Source: Camelus ferus (Eukaryota). Taken from it: 64,000 bases of DNA. Where the stretch lies: NCBI RefSeq assembly GCF_009834535.1, contig NC_045697.1, forward strand, positions 40,612,001 to 40,676,000, written 5' to 3'. Made by a program: the position numbers and the translations under genes. Below are positions 1-13,349 of this stretch, in pieces. The notes under the pieces are model-generated. The model ran no database searches, had not been told where the DNA came from, and saw nothing but the letters and a program-made list of their open reading frames with translations. How positions within the stretch are numbered: the first letter of the stretch is position 1; the number at the start of each line of letters is the position of its first letter.

Positions 1-340
1 CAGCATTTATCAACTGTGGACTTTTTAATTATGGCCATTCTGATCGGTGTGAGGCGATACCTCATTGTAGTTGTGATTTGCATTTCTCTGATAATTAGTG
101 ATCTTGAGCATCTTTTCATGTGCCTATTGGCCATCTGTATGTCTTCACTGGAGAAATGTCTGTTTAGGTCTTCTGCCCATTTTTTGATTAGGTTGTTTAT
201 TTTTTTGTTATTGTGTTGTATGAGCTGTTTGTATATTCTGGAAGTTAAGCCCTTGTCAGCTGCATCATTTGCAAATATTTCCTCCCAGCCTGTAGGTTGT
301 CTTTTTGTTTTGTTTATGGTTTCCTTTACTCTGCAAAAGC
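1..340 (-). mobile_element. LINE-1 ORF2 3' fragment
   Basis: Typical antisense L1 text (gtgaggcgatacctcattgtagtt...ttgcatttctctgat...gagaaatgtctgtttaggtcttctgcccatttt). Confidence 0.85.
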
Positions 341-520
341 CTACATTTGTCATTGACAGTGACACTTCATTGCAGTGATGAATGACAAAAGAATTACTAA
401 CTGAAGTAGGGAGGAATGGAGAATAAATGGAGTAGAAAAGATCCATAAACAGTAACATTATAGTAAGAAAAACAATTAAAAAGAACTTAAAACATAATTT
501 GACTTAACTTTAATGCTTAC

Positions 521-632
521 CCCTGGGAGTGCCCATTCTCCACAGTCTTTCCTTTTTATTGCAACAAACTGTAAGATGTTTTTCCCAGAAATAGGATTGG
601 TGATTTTATTTCCACTTCTATCCCTTTTCCAC
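521..632 (-). CDS. NUDT9: NUDT9 coding exon 5 (112 nt; [38 protein letters not shown]); gene continues beyond the window start
   Basis: TATAG acceptor; GGG|GTAAGC donor; WxxPG immediately precedes the Nudix box. Confidence 0.97.
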
Positions 633-2061
633 CTATAAATAGTAACGTAAGATCATAACTGATTTAGAACAAAGACCAAGGATCTATCTCAAGCTTGAGA
701 CAAAATTACAAAGATGCATTTTTTTAATAACAGAGCATACATATATTTACCACAAATCAGCTAGTTTTATTTTTAAAAATTGTTTTGTATTAAAAATATT
801 CTTTATTTGTCACTGTTACAAACCAAGACAAATGTCCACTTTTCATAAAGTATTTTATAGTCTCCATATAAAAATTCAAGATATAAATAATTTTTACTAC
901 TTAAAGTACTATTGAAAAATTTTAAAGCAGAACAGAACTTAAAAGAAAGGTCATAAAAGTTTTTTTTTTAATCCAAGGATCCTTTTTAAGCATTATAAGC
1001 AGAGAAAAAGATCTGTAATATTTGCTTTTAACAGTTCATCCTATGTTTTCAGAAAAGCAGATTATATAATACAGGTTCATTTGGTCTCAAAAGGAGTGCT
1101 TCTCAATCTTTATCCCCTCTTTTGATAAAAGAAATTTTACTCTATCCTTTAATTTTACATTTCAAATTGAATTGCGTATTTTTAAAAGCATCAATGTAAT
1201 GTTAATTTCACAATGTGCCTTTTCTAACCACAGCCTCCTTCCCAAAGATGTTGCTAAATCTCCCCTTCTTCCCTACACACCCACCACATCTGCCTCCTCC
1301 TGCCCAATTTTACAAATAATTCTAATAGGCCCTCAGGCAAAGATAAAGATTTTGAACTTCTAACACTAAACCAAATAAGAAAGCCTATGATCGAATCATT
1401 ACTCTGCATGAGACTCAATAAAATATACTAGCTCAGAAATGAGTGTCCAAATTTCTTTATATTGTGGCTGAAGACTATGTCTGACCCATAACTCCCCCAA
1501 AAGAGCTCAGAGTCTACAGTGGAGCTAGACATGTAAATGAATAAACTGCAAAACAGAGTGACAGTTTGATAAATACAGTAAGTAGAAATGAAAGAATAAT
1601 TAGTATAAGAAGACAACATCTGTTTTTAAGAATGCCAGAGAGAGGAAACAGTTATAAAATAAAATAATGTGTTCAAGAAACTAAAAGTACATTGGGGTGC
1701 GGCAATATAAGCACCAGTAAGGGAAAGATGAAAGATGAGGCTGGAGAAGTAAGCAAAGAATTCACCAAATTCATCTGCTTAGAGAGCCAGAGAATAATTT
1801 TAAGCAGGGTAAAGCCATAAATAATTTGTATTTTAGGACGCTCTCTCACTCTGACAAAAGTCTTGAAGTTGGTGTGGAGGGAAGCAAGACTGGAGGCAAG
1901 AAAACCAGCTAGGAGACTGTTACCATGATCCAGGTACAAGACGATGAGGACAGCAGGACTGAAGGCAGAGACAGTAAGAATGGAGAGAGGACAGATTTTA
2001 CCTCTACTTTAAAAAAAAATTTTTTGTGTCAAAATAGTAAGAACACTGACATCTAATCTCT

Positions 2062-2290
2062 TTTTTTATTGACGTATACTTGTTTTACAATGTTGTGTTA
2101 GTTTCAGTTGTACAGCAAAATGATCATTTTTATATATATATTCTTCTTCAGATTCCTTTCCATTATAGGTTATTACAAGATATTGAGTATAGTTCCCTGT
2201 GCTATACAGTAGGTCCTCCTTGGTTATCTCTTTTATATATAGTAGTATGTATATGTTGATCGCAAACTCCTAATTTACCCCTCCCCCACT
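2062..2290 (-). mobile_element. LINE-1 3' end fragment
   Basis: PolyT followed by tttacaatgttgtgttagtttc...gttccctgtgctatacagtagg; similar to 14346+, 49678+ and 63330+. Confidence 0.7.
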
Positions 2291-5200
2291 TTTATTTTTT
2301 AAAAGTCATTTATATAGCACTCATTATGGACCTAATATTGTTGTGCTTTAATGTATTTACCCACTTAAGCCTCAAAACCACCCTATAAAGTAGCTGTATT
2401 ATTGTCTTTATTTTACAGATGTGGAAAATGAGACACAAAGAAGTAGCTAACTTGCCAAAGGTTGCAGAGCAAAAAAGTTGTATAAATCAACATTTGAAGC
2501 CAGGCAATCCAGTTCCAGAATCTGCGCTCTAAGTCACCATACTATTTCACTTAAATCAAACAAACAGAATGCTTATACTAAGTAGGTAAGAGGAGGGGTA
2601 AGGCGGCAAATCATGGTTCTGTTCACTCACAGATATTTACTGGCACCTACCATACCTCATATGCAAGGAGATGGGAAAACAAAAACACAGAGCCCCCGCT
2701 GTTCAGCCAGCCAGCCTAAGAAGAGAAGCAAGATAGAGAGACATGCTGCTGGGCAAGACGGCATGACCAGACAGATGATGAACAGCTTGGGTATTATGTT
2801 TACAGTCTCAGATGTTATCCTGAAGGGATTCATTTAAAGATTTTAAAGCAGAACAGCTTCATGTTAAAATTTTATCAGTATCAAATGCATTATCACCAAA
2901 TTTAAAACAAAATTTCTTGATATAACAGAAATAATGTATCATTTTCATTAGTAAACCTCATTAACATTTACTAAATATTAATGATACTCCTATGTACTAC
3001 CGGTATTCCTACCCCATTTCTGATGGTCCATACCCTCCCATCTTTAACCAAAACTGGAAAGAAAATGATATTGCCATTATCTTTTGACCTGAGTTTATTC
3101 ACAATAATATATTAACACTTTCCATCTCATTCTGACTTTAAAGGACTTAAAGGAACTTGAGGTAACTTCCCACTGTAAATGGGAAATCTCTAGGAGAGGT
3201 ACCTGGGAATCTAAAAATTTAACATTGTCCCTGGAGATTCTGAACTAGAAAGTCTGTGAAATTCTGCACTGTACAAAGCTATTTTGCATTATGAAGTACT
3301 TGAAAGAAAAGGGGATAAAACCCTTGCTTAAACAGTGCCTGTGTGATTTTTATGATTACTCAGTAGTGAAATACTGGTATAAAAAAGCACACACAATAGC
3401 CCTGATTCATATTTCAGATCTACAAGATCTAGGCAAATCAATTAACCTCAGTAAGTTTCCATTTTCAAATCTATAAAATAGACATGTTAATACCTACTCT
3501 GAGGAGTTTTTATGAGAAACAAATATAAAAACTATTCATAGCACCTAGCAGAGTTTCTGGGGTAAAGCCATATTTTTAACAGTTCATCTAATCTTGTTGA
3601 TTCTTCAACATCCTTCATTCTTCTCTTCCTTTCCTTTCTACTGCCACTCATGTATTTGCAGGACTCATCAGTTAACATACGTATTACTGAGATAGCAAAG
3701 AACATCAACCTGAGAGTATAGCGGAAAGCTAGACTCTGCCACTTTCATAGCCTTAGACCATCTCTAAGCCTTCAGTTCTCTCATTTGTATAATAACAAAA
3801 TTAAGGTAAAAAGTCTACCATTTCAAAACAACTTGACATACAATCACCATGTTTACTCCCAGCTGCTATTTGATCCACCACTGATAAAGACAAGCTAATT
3901 AGAGGCTAACTTTCAAGTCTCTGGCCTCCCTTTTCTGCTTCTTGTTCCTAGCATTCCTGCTTCAACTGTTTCATACCTTCCTGTTTTTAGACAGCCTCAC
4001 CAAAACTGGAAAGAAACTGAATCTATCATTAATATTTACTTATACTATTTTAATTACATTCATTAATAAGAATATATTAACTCTTTTCATCTCATTTAAA
4101 CCACAAAGTTTCTGAAGGAATTCTAGATGGGTAGAAGCAGGTTGGCAGGTAGGTAGGTAGGCAGGTAAATGTGTGGGTAGGTGGGTGGAAGGAAGAATGA
4201 ATGGATGGAGGGAAGATAAAACTGGGGCGGGGTGTGGCGTAAAGATCCCTTTTGGCAGGAGAAATGAAAGGGAAAAAGAACACAATGAGGAGAGTATTGG
4301 TGCCTCTTCCAGTAACTTGACAACAAGCTGCTTTTCCTAGATTTAAACTATGAAATCATTATTATATCCCAGATTAGAGAAAAACAAAGTCTCCTGGAAG
4401 AAAGGAAGGCCCTCAAAATATCAAAACTAAAAAAGTAAGACTATTGAGGGTATATGCATTATTTAAAGAAGAAAAATGGCAATTACATGTGAGAAGGTAG
4501 GTGGTCAGTGAAAAAAAACCCTAAAAATAAAAAATAAATAAAAGGATGACAGAGATGATGGAATATTCCAAATGTGTTGGGAATATGATTAAGATGGAGA
4601 TGGCTAAATCCATGTAAACATGGATTCACCTACCTCCTTTATTATGATTCATGCTGACCAAGAAACCTTCTGAATATGATTTGGCTTACCAGACAGATCT
4701 GCCTCAGAAGAGAATGCCTTTCCCCTGTTCTGGAAACTTCAATGGCTACACTTCATAGCCTTTAACTCTGGCATTTAATATTCTCCACAATAAACTGTAT
4801 AAAAATTAATTTTAAGTTTAATTTATCATCCACTATTCTCTTACAAGAATCTCCTGTTTCAACCAAGCTGGTCTTTTCACTATCCCTCAATACTCAAACA
4901 GATATTACTACCAGCCTTGTTCCGAGGCCTCCTCCTGTCCCCCTATCCAAGCTCCAGTCTACCTCCTTCAAAATGCCTTTCTTGGGTACTCCAGTTTACC
5001 ATCATTATGTCCTAATCCAATCTTCTAATTCTCTGAGGCATCCTGTGTCAGCCATATTACTTTGACACGTTTTCTTATTTCACATTTTCCATCTTTTAAA
5101 TGAAACCACAGTTCCTCAATGACAAGGAGCTGAAACTTAGGATTGTTATACTTTTTCATATGCACCAAAGCACTTACTCAATTTTGAGAACAAACAGATC

Positions 5201-5372
5201 CTTAATAAGTATTTAGTGAATTTAGATAATGCCTAACTTATACAACATAAAACTATAGTTTTACACTTACATCATTATCATTATAATTTTACATAAAATT
5301 CCTTTAAAATAAAGGTTTCGTATGTGCATGAGTGCATAATTATATATACACACACATATATACATGCACATA

Positions 5373-5511
5373 CAGTCAGCTCTCTGTATCTGCAGACGTG
5401 GAATCCATAGATAAGGAGGGCCGAGGGACTTGAGCATCTGTATTTTGGTATCTACTTGGGGCAAAGGGGGTTGTCCTGAAATCAGTCCCGCAGGATACCA
5501 AGGGATGACTG
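5373..5511. mobile_element. TcMar-Tigger-derived MITE (MER2/Tigger3-like)
   Basis: TA|CAGTCAGCTCTCTGTATC ... GATACCAAGGGATGACTG|TA terminal inverted repeats with TA TSD. Confidence 0.75.
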
Positions 5512-5542
5512 TATATACAAACACATATATACATACATACAC

Positions 5543-5545
<3 letters not shown>

Positions 5546-5584
<39 letters not shown>
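5546..5584. repeat. (TG)19 microsatellite
   Basis: Direct reading. Confidence 0.97.
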
Positions 5585-5590
<6 letters not shown>

Positions 5591-5662
5591 GACGTAAAAA
5601 CTGGGCTACAGCCTGTATTTTTTCACTTAGCTCTTTGCTATGGAAATGTTCTTAGTTCTTAC

Positions 5663-5749
5663 CTGGTTATAATTGGATCTGCAGCATGATTGGGGCCCCA
5701 TCGCCCCAAAAGCCCACGGCCAATCAGTCCTGTCCGTCCTGCAGGGTTT
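5663..5749 (-). CDS. NUDT9: NUDT9 coding exon 4 (87 nt; [29 protein letters not shown])
   Basis: CCCCAG acceptor; AG|GTAAGA donor; conserved [25 protein letters not shown] motif of NUDT9/TRPM2 NUDT9-H. Confidence 0.98.
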
Positions 5750-6699
5750 CTGGGGAGGGAAAAAACATAAAATCAATTAAATGTGTTCATCTTTTTTAAC
5801 CCAATCTGATATGGCCCAAAACAAGGCAGTAAGAGCAGTAAGAGGGAAACAGTATCTCCACAAAAATCCAGTAGCACTATCACACATCTGGCACTGAAAG
5901 TACATATTTCCTTATAGTGTTATTTAACTTTTCCTTTGTGCATCCCTTAAGCTTTGGGCTTGATCCAGGAGGGGGGAATCTCACTTCGAAAGTTGTTCTA
6001 CAATGTAAGAATTGGCTTCAGTTTTCACCTACACTTCAAAATTCAAACTAGAACTTTACTGGACTCTTAACTCTGGAGGATAAAATGTTCTGCACCTAAT
6101 CATCATCTATCTCTACAACAGTAGTGCTTAATTACTCAGGATACCCACACTTGTCTTCACTTTCTCATCACCTTCACTTCCTGCTCCACTCTCCTTCAAC
6201 CTGTCCCATCCAAATGGTTTTTGTTACATTTTAAAGCCCATTTTTTCTCAGCAGGTTCTAGATTTTTATTATCAATAATAAATATTTTGTAGCATACAGT
6301 GAGGTAGAAGTATCCAATATTTCAAGATTTGAAATATACCAAAATTCAATTTTTAAAGAAAACAATTATGTAAAAATGTCAACAAATTATTTTACCTAAT
6401 GCCACAACCCAACATTAAAACATCTGTCAGATAAACAAAACAACAGTCATGCCTAAGTATTTTCTTCCAGTCAATACCCCTTGAATGTTCACCTTTCACT
6501 ATGTACCAGTAAAATGCCCTAATCTGCAATCTTATCTATTTAATATTATATCTTTTGTCCTCCCACTATGTGAAATAAATAACTTGTCAAATTTTCCCTT
6601 TCAGCTATCTCTATTTATTCTAGTCTTCTCTGTAACTTATTAAAGTCAAATGAATTTTTATACTGTTTCGTTCTAGACTTAGAAATATTCCAGCAAGAT

Positions 6700-7170
6700 T
6701 TGCAAATAAAGACAGAAAGACAAGACACCTGGCCAGGTGACGATAATTCTACCTTTCAAATTCAGGAGGAGAGGCAGGGTGGCCAGCAACTATGTTTTAT
6801 CCCATGTAACCATAGACCCCCAAACACAAATGATCAAAGCCAGTATTAAGAGAGAGAATGTTTTTTTTAGATGACCAAGCCTATAACTTATAAACTGGAA
6901 GCTGCAGAAAAGACATACGGACTATCCTATAGCCTGAGAAGCAGAGAAAACTGTTCACAGAAAAAGAAAAACAAAGGCAGCACGTAAGGAAAAGCAGGCA
7001 TGAGCCAAAGAGATGGTCCTGATGGATTTTCAATTCCACTCTTTCCTAAAGTTACCTGCACATCTGCTTTGGGCTCTTTGAGAAGATCCCGCAGCCCCAG
7101 AGTAAAGTTCACTCTTTGCTCAGGCAAGCCTGAGTTGGTTTCTATTGGTCAGAGTCTTGACTGAAACAAC
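6700..7170 (+). mobile_element. Old MaLR (MLT1-like) LTR remnant
   Basis: Ends ...agcctgagttggtttctattg...gactgaaaca, typical of an MLT1 3' end; boundaries approximate. Confidence 0.4.
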
Positions 7171-7712
7171 AGGCTACCCTGCCTTTATCTTTTTATATAT
7201 GTATGTATCTTTTAATATATTTCACCCAGAAAAGAATCTACGGAATGAGTCAAATGCAAGGAGAGCTTGATCTGAAAAGATTCAATAACACAGAAAGGTG
7301 AGTAAGTTACGAACACAGAATTTAGCAAAACTGAAAGTCCAGATTGGGGTGAGAGGAATACTATTATTTCCTCACCCTAGAGGGACTAAGAATATAAATT
7401 GCTACATTTTTACAAGGTGATAAGCATGATTACAAATCTGCGATCCTTTTTTTTGTTTTATTTTAGACATGCTAATTTTTACATTTCTTCCTAACTTTTA
7501 TAATGTCTTCTTAAGTAAAATGGAAAATTTTGGCATTGTGTAGAAAAATCATTTTTAAAAATACAACAAGAAACTTGATATTAAATTGTTGGGTTATTTT
7601 AATTTTCACTCTTACGTATTTGGATAAATTCTTACTCTAAAGTATTATCTCATTTTATAAATAACTACTGAAATACAATTTTCAATCCTTTCTCTGTTAA
7701 TTTATTCAATTA

Positions 7713-7827
7713 CAGCTGACCCTTGAACAGCATTCCCATATAAACTTATGGTCAGTCGGTCCTCTGAACACTCTGTTCCTCTGCTGGGTCCACACAGTTT
7801 AAGCCAGTGTTGTTCAAGGGTCAACTG
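7713..7827. mobile_element. TcMar-Tigger-derived MITE (MER8-like)
   Basis: TA|CAGCTGACCCTTGAACAGC ... GTTGTTCAAGGGTCAACTG|TA inverted termini. Confidence 0.85.
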
Positions 7828-8044
7828 TAATTATTTCTACCTTCAAGGTGAAGTTACAAGAAGATGCATTTAAATCCTGCTTCCACCACTTACTGTATGC
7901 AAAGTGCTTACATTTTCCCTCCTTATCTGGAAATAGAACTAAAACTATCTATCCACAGGGTTATCGTGATGATTTAATTAGAGCACGTATATAAATTCTT
8001 TTGTACAATGGCACATACAAGCACTCAATAAATGTTAATTATAT

Positions 8045-8547
8045 TGATGAAATAAAATTTATATTTTAAGGCAGGACAAGAAAATTTAAACATAAAATTC
8101 TCTGTCTGTCTGGGCCTCCTCCCTTCCTTCCTAACATGCAGGGTGCATCTGTATTACACATTAACCAGAGCTCCTCAAAGACAGGAGTGCTGCTCGACCA
8201 TAAAGATCAATTTTTTTCCTTTCTTCTGACACTAGCAATTTAACTTCTTAAAAGAATGGCATTCTTTCCCAACTCTGATGGGAGTCATGGTGATTTGATG
8301 CTTGCTTTGTACATGTGTACTTGGACTATGTATCTTTGGCAGACTTTATGTAAAATATCAGTATGTCAGTTTGATGCACGATCCTTTGTCTCAAAAAACG
8401 TATATGACTGTGTCTTCAACTTATACCATGTGGAACAGTTCTCAGACCTTTCTGAGAGTCTGTCTCCCAGGTCGTAATCCTCAGTTTGGCTCAAATAAAA
8501 TTCCTTTTTTCTTCTTAACTTGATTGTTAATTGAATTTTTGTTGACA
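8045..8547 (+). mobile_element. ERV1-class solo LTR (MER41-like) in NUDT9 intron 3
   Basis: TG...CA termini; perfect 4-bp TSD ATAT; AATAAA near the 3' end; same family as 19855-20339. Confidence 0.85.
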
Positions 8548-8604
8548 ATATCTTCTACCTTTTGAAGACCCATTATTGCAAGATGTTCCATTCCCAGTAC
8601 CTAC

Positions 8605-8700
8605 CTAGGTCTTCCACTTTGAATCTCATACAGGCCATTCTGGCTTTTTCTCTCAATATGCCCATCCTTTTCATTAAACTTGGGAGAAAAGTTGCTTTCA
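8605..8700 (-). CDS. NUDT9: NUDT9 coding exon 3 (96 nt; [32 protein letters not shown])
   Basis: CAG acceptor at 8703-8701; donor AG|GTAGGT; frame continuous; not in the ORF track, translated by hand. Confidence 0.97.
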
Positions 8701-10282
8701 CTGTAATGAGAATACCAATGCAAAATAAGAAATAATGATCCAACATTACCACTAGCTTAATAATGGCAGTCAGTTATTTACAATGAGCAGTATTTTTGAA
8801 ACTAAATTTTTAGTTACAAATTTAGTTTTTAATTACAAATCCATCTTACTTCTTCAAAACAGTTTCTGAAAAAAAACCTGTTAAACCAAAACACCTTACA
8901 ATATAAGGATATATATTATAACCCTTCTGGGAAGGACTAATGGCAAACAAACTGGAGTTTCTCCCACATACTAAAAAAAAGTTTACATTAATATTAGTAA
9001 AGAGGAATTGTCTATGGTCACAATGTGGCAATTACTAGTTCCTATGTAGTTCCAAAAATAAGATTCCTTCTGATATATTGATGTTTCTACTGTCTCAAAA
9101 TAATTTTAATTTCTTCAAATGTACACTGATAAAATTATCAAAGTAAACCCACAAAACAGTGAATTCATCCCACAAACTTTATAATAACTATCATGTAGAT
9201 TAAAATAGATGTAATATGCTGGAAATGTTCTAATTCTTGATCTGGATGGTAGCTACCGAAATATAAAATCCAAGTACTACCACAAAGTTACAAACACATC
9301 TTTGGATAAAGTAAGAAAACTGTTCGTAAAAATCAAGTTATAGCAGTAAGTCCGTGGTAAAGTTTAACAACCTAATGAACTAATACTGGATCTACCCAAT
9401 TAGCAATATTTTTTACTTAACTGACTAACTAATACCTTAAGAGAACTATCATTTACAATAAGTTTACCCACTAAATCAAACTTATAAAACAGTTCCAAAA
9501 CTAGGTAGCAGTTAAGAGCATGAATTCTGGAGTCAGACTGAGTTCAAGTCCAAGCTATACCATCTACTAGCTCCGTTACCACAAGCAAAGGGTAAATCTT
9601 TCCATGCCTCCATTTTCGTATGTGTTTTCTCTATAAAGCAGAAATAACAACCTTGTCTGCCTATCAGAACAGTAGTAAGAGTAAAATAAAATAATTTTTA
9701 TAAAACATTTAATAGAGTGCCTAGGTCATAGTTGGTACATTTTAAAACTCTACCATGATATTAAAAGGAACATAAACATAAAATGTGAATCAAAGCAGCA
9801 GTTCTATGAATTTAGTCAAAGCATTTTTGTTTGAGTTTTTTGTTTTCCTCTTTCTCTCTCTCCTTTACCTATCCCTTTTCTATTCTTTCACATTGGTCTA
9901 ATTTTATCATCATTTGGTAATCTGAAAAAAAAGCCTGAAAATTATTTTCACTACTTCAAGTACAAGTCTAGCTATGTTGGAAAAGAACCACAAAAGGTGT
10001 TACTGATAATCCAAATAGAACACATGAAAACAGATACCACCACTTGCCATTTCACAAAACAAAAAACTCCACAGCAAAACAGATTTACCTATTTGGAAGG
10101 ATCATCATAAAACCTCCAATAGAATAAACAAACATGAATTCAACCAAATGTAGAAACTGAATTATAATAAACTCAAGCACTAGATAAAAATGATTTTCAG
10201 CTTTCAATTGGTCATTTACAAATACAAGCATTACCTTCTCTAAAAGTCTTAACACCCAGCTGACACTGGCTAATTTGCTCAC

Positions 10283-10522
10283 CTGATCTCAGGATCTGCC
10301 CACCTAGGTCCAGCCAACACAGAGACTGCAGTATATTCCACAGGATTATAGTCTTGCCACTCAACCAGCCAGCCTACTTTCTCATTAGGAACCTGGCTGC
10401 GTTGAACTTTTGAACCTGGGTAAGGAGATGTCCGAGCTTTGTTGTGAGAATTCTCTTTGGAACCATTAGAACCAGACATGATGTTGGAATTAAGATGAAA
10501 CCCACAGGATAAAAATGAGTTT
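10283..10522 (-). CDS. NUDT9: NUDT9 coding exon 2 (240 nt; [40 protein letters not shown]...GPRWADPEI)
   Basis: Pyrimidine tract plus CCCAG acceptor; donor AG|GTGAGC; peptide matches NUDT9. Confidence 0.97.
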
Positions 10523-11629
10523 CTGGGAGGAAAAAAAGAAAAATGTTTAATATAAATATTAACTATTAATTAAAGAACTTAATTCAAAGGCCTCAAAACA
10601 TACTTTTCAATTTCAAAGACTTAAAATCAGAAAATTCAAATTTGATGCATATTAGTAAAAAAGTCCAACATCTGTGAGAGATTATTTTTAAATACGAAAG
10701 CTTTAAAAATATTGCTGAATCTTATTAATTGAAGCTACTTACTGAATTTATTATAGTTGAGAAAAAGGGACAGAAGTTCACTTTTATTGGCACAAATGTT
10801 GGGGAAAAAAGTTTATTATAAAACTTTAACCATTAAAAACAAATGTAAAGGAACACTAAGTCTATATGAAGGAATCCATTTTTAAAAACAGTTTGGCCTA
10901 AGTACACAAAGTAATGTAATATTACTTGAAGTCAGACTGTGATAACATGTAAATTATAAGCTTTAAAGTAAAATACGAGGTATAGAGTGGAAATAACTGG
11001 ATAGCATATACAAAAAAGCAAAAACAAAAAACTGAACCTTTACCTCATAGCATACACAAAAACTTTTCATGTCTCCTCTTGCCTAAAAACTTAAATACCT
11101 TCTCATTATTCTTAAAGATTAAAATTCCTAACAACCCTAAATTAGGACATCTAAAGGAGAAAAGAGAATTCTGAGAACATAGTAGACTGATGACAGCCCC
11201 CTTTCCCTGCACTCACAATAACAATTTGCCCTTCCTGAGACAAATGGTTGATGGGACAAACACCAACTTGATGGGATGGTGAAATAAGTCAAATTTATGT
11301 GCCTCCTGATGTTATACACCGAGAAGTACACAAGTGATCATTCCTGAGGTATTCCTTACAAGAACATATAACCAGAGTTTACACATGAGGAAATACAGGA
11401 CAGACCCACATTAAGGGATATCTTACAGAATAGAGGTCTGTACTCTTTAAATGGATAAGGTCATGAAACATAAAGTTAGAGGAACTCTTTCAGATAGAGG
11501 CATGAAAATTAAGTGCAATCAGTGATCCTGGATTGGCTACTGAACCATTTATTTAAAAAAAAGGGGGGTGGCAAATGATGAAATGTGAATAGGGTTGTAT
11601 CTTTTAAAAGTTAACAGAAAATTACTTAC

Positions 11630-12065
11630 TCCCAACAAAGAAAAGTTTAGGAGCCGATGCTTTCACTGGTGAGCTCTATTTAACAGTTAAAGAATTAACA
11701 CCAATTCTCCTCAAACACTTCCAAAAAACTGAAGAGGATGGAATACTTCCCAATTCTTTCTAAGAAGCCACCATTATTATTACCTTGCTACCAAAGCTAG
11801 ACAAAGATGCTACCAGAAAACTAAAGACCAATATCCCTGATGAATATCAATGCAAAAATCCTCAATAAAATATAGCAAATAGAATTCAACAGCATATTAA
11901 AAGGATTATACAACATGATCAAGTGGGATTTATTCCTGAAATGCAAGAACAGTTCAACATACAAAAATGAAATAATGTAATACACTACATTAACAGAATG
12001 AAGGGAAAAAAGCATTTGATCATCTCAGTTGATGCAGAAAAAGGTTTGCCAAAATTCAACACCAC
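11630..12065 (+). mobile_element. LINE-1 ORF2 (RT-region) fragment
   Basis: ccaatatccctgatgaatatcaatgcaaaaatcctcaataaaata...gatcaagtgggatttattcctg; IISVDAEK motif. Confidence 0.85.
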
Positions 12066-12650
12066 TCTCATGCTCTGGGACCCAGGGCAGAAGCAATATT
12101 TTGAAAAGAGCCCACTTGCTCATCTTGGAGAGCCTCTTGGAGAGGCAGAAGGCAAGAAGGACTCACCCTGGGGACACAGTCACTGGTGACAGTCTTTTTG
12201 ACAGCTCTTTCTGCCACAAAAACACCGGTGCTTGCAAGTGCCTTTTTGGAATCCTTCCTCCAGCTTATTAGCATCTGGACCTGGACCCACCCAGAAGCCT
12301 GTCAGTAAAAATACTGGGATGCCATAGGCCAAGCAGCTAGCTGGGTGGGGACACAGCCCTACCCATCAGTAGGCGAGCAGCCTGAAGATGCCCTAAACCC
12401 ACAACTAGCCTGGGACCAGCCCTGCCCACCAGAGGGTCCAGAACTCAGCCTTGCACACCAGTGGGTGGGCACCAGCCCTAGGATCCCCTGGGCCCCAGCT
12501 CCGCCCACCAGCAGGTTGACAGTAGATCAGGGACCCCAGCCCCACAACCATCCAACCCAGAACCCATCTCTACCCACCAGTGGGCCAGCACTAGCTCCAG
12601 GATCCCCCAGGGCTCTGCAACCAGCTGCCATGCAACTTGGCTCTGCCTGA
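12066..12650 (+). mobile_element. GC-rich segment resembling an artiodactyl L1 5'UTR
   Basis: Degenerate ccacccaccag/gggcaccagccc subrepeats; abuts the L1 ORF2 fragment; assignment from memory. Confidence 0.45.
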
Positions 12651-13207
12651 CCAGTTTTCATTAAAGGTAAGTCTTGGTGTTGTACATTCTACTGGTTTGG
12701 ACAACTGTATAATGGCATGCACCCATCATTACAGCATCATACAGAGTAGTTTCACTATACTAAAAATCTCCTGAGCACCACTAGTTCATCCCTACCTGCC
12801 CCACCACCACCACCAACCTCTGGCAGCCACGAACAGTTTTAATGTCTCCATCATTTTGCCTTTTCCAAAATGTGTGACTGATTTTACTGAAATCAGTAGA
12901 TTCATTCATTATTTTCAGGTTATAATGGCTTTTGCTTGCTTACACTGCCACAGTTTTGGAAATCCAAATCATGAATACTCAAAATAATATCTTCCTTACC
13001 CACCCTAGGCCCATACTCAATAAAAATGAATAGATTTAGAACACATGTATTTATCAAAAGTAGCAAATATATTTCAGGTACCTGTGTGTAAAAAAAACAA
13101 AATTTTGCATATGGAGCCCTAGTCTCTATCTGAATTCTATTTTAAAGTTAGCATTATTTTTCATAGTTTGAGAGTAGGGTAAGAAAAAAGTCAAAGGTAT
13201 TAATGAG

Positions 13208-13349
13208 GCAGGAGGGTATAGCTCAGTGCTTGTGTGCTTACTTAGCACGCACGAGGTCCTGGGTTCAATCCCCTGTACCTCTGTAAAAATAAAAAATAAT
13301 AATAAACCTAATTACCACCCCCACAAAAAAAAAAAAACTAAAAAAAAAA
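13208..13349 (+). mobile_element. tRNA-derived SINE (camelid vic-1-like)
   Basis: A box TAGCTCAGTG; B box GGTTCAATCC; A-rich tail; 15-bp TSD aaaggtattaatgag (13193-13207 / 13350-13364). Confidence 0.9.

Noticed and set aside
13208..13285. Possible tRNA gene (also 16251, 17011, 24223, 43500)
   Set aside because: Degenerate stems, plus A tails and TSDs on most copies, identify them as SINE copies
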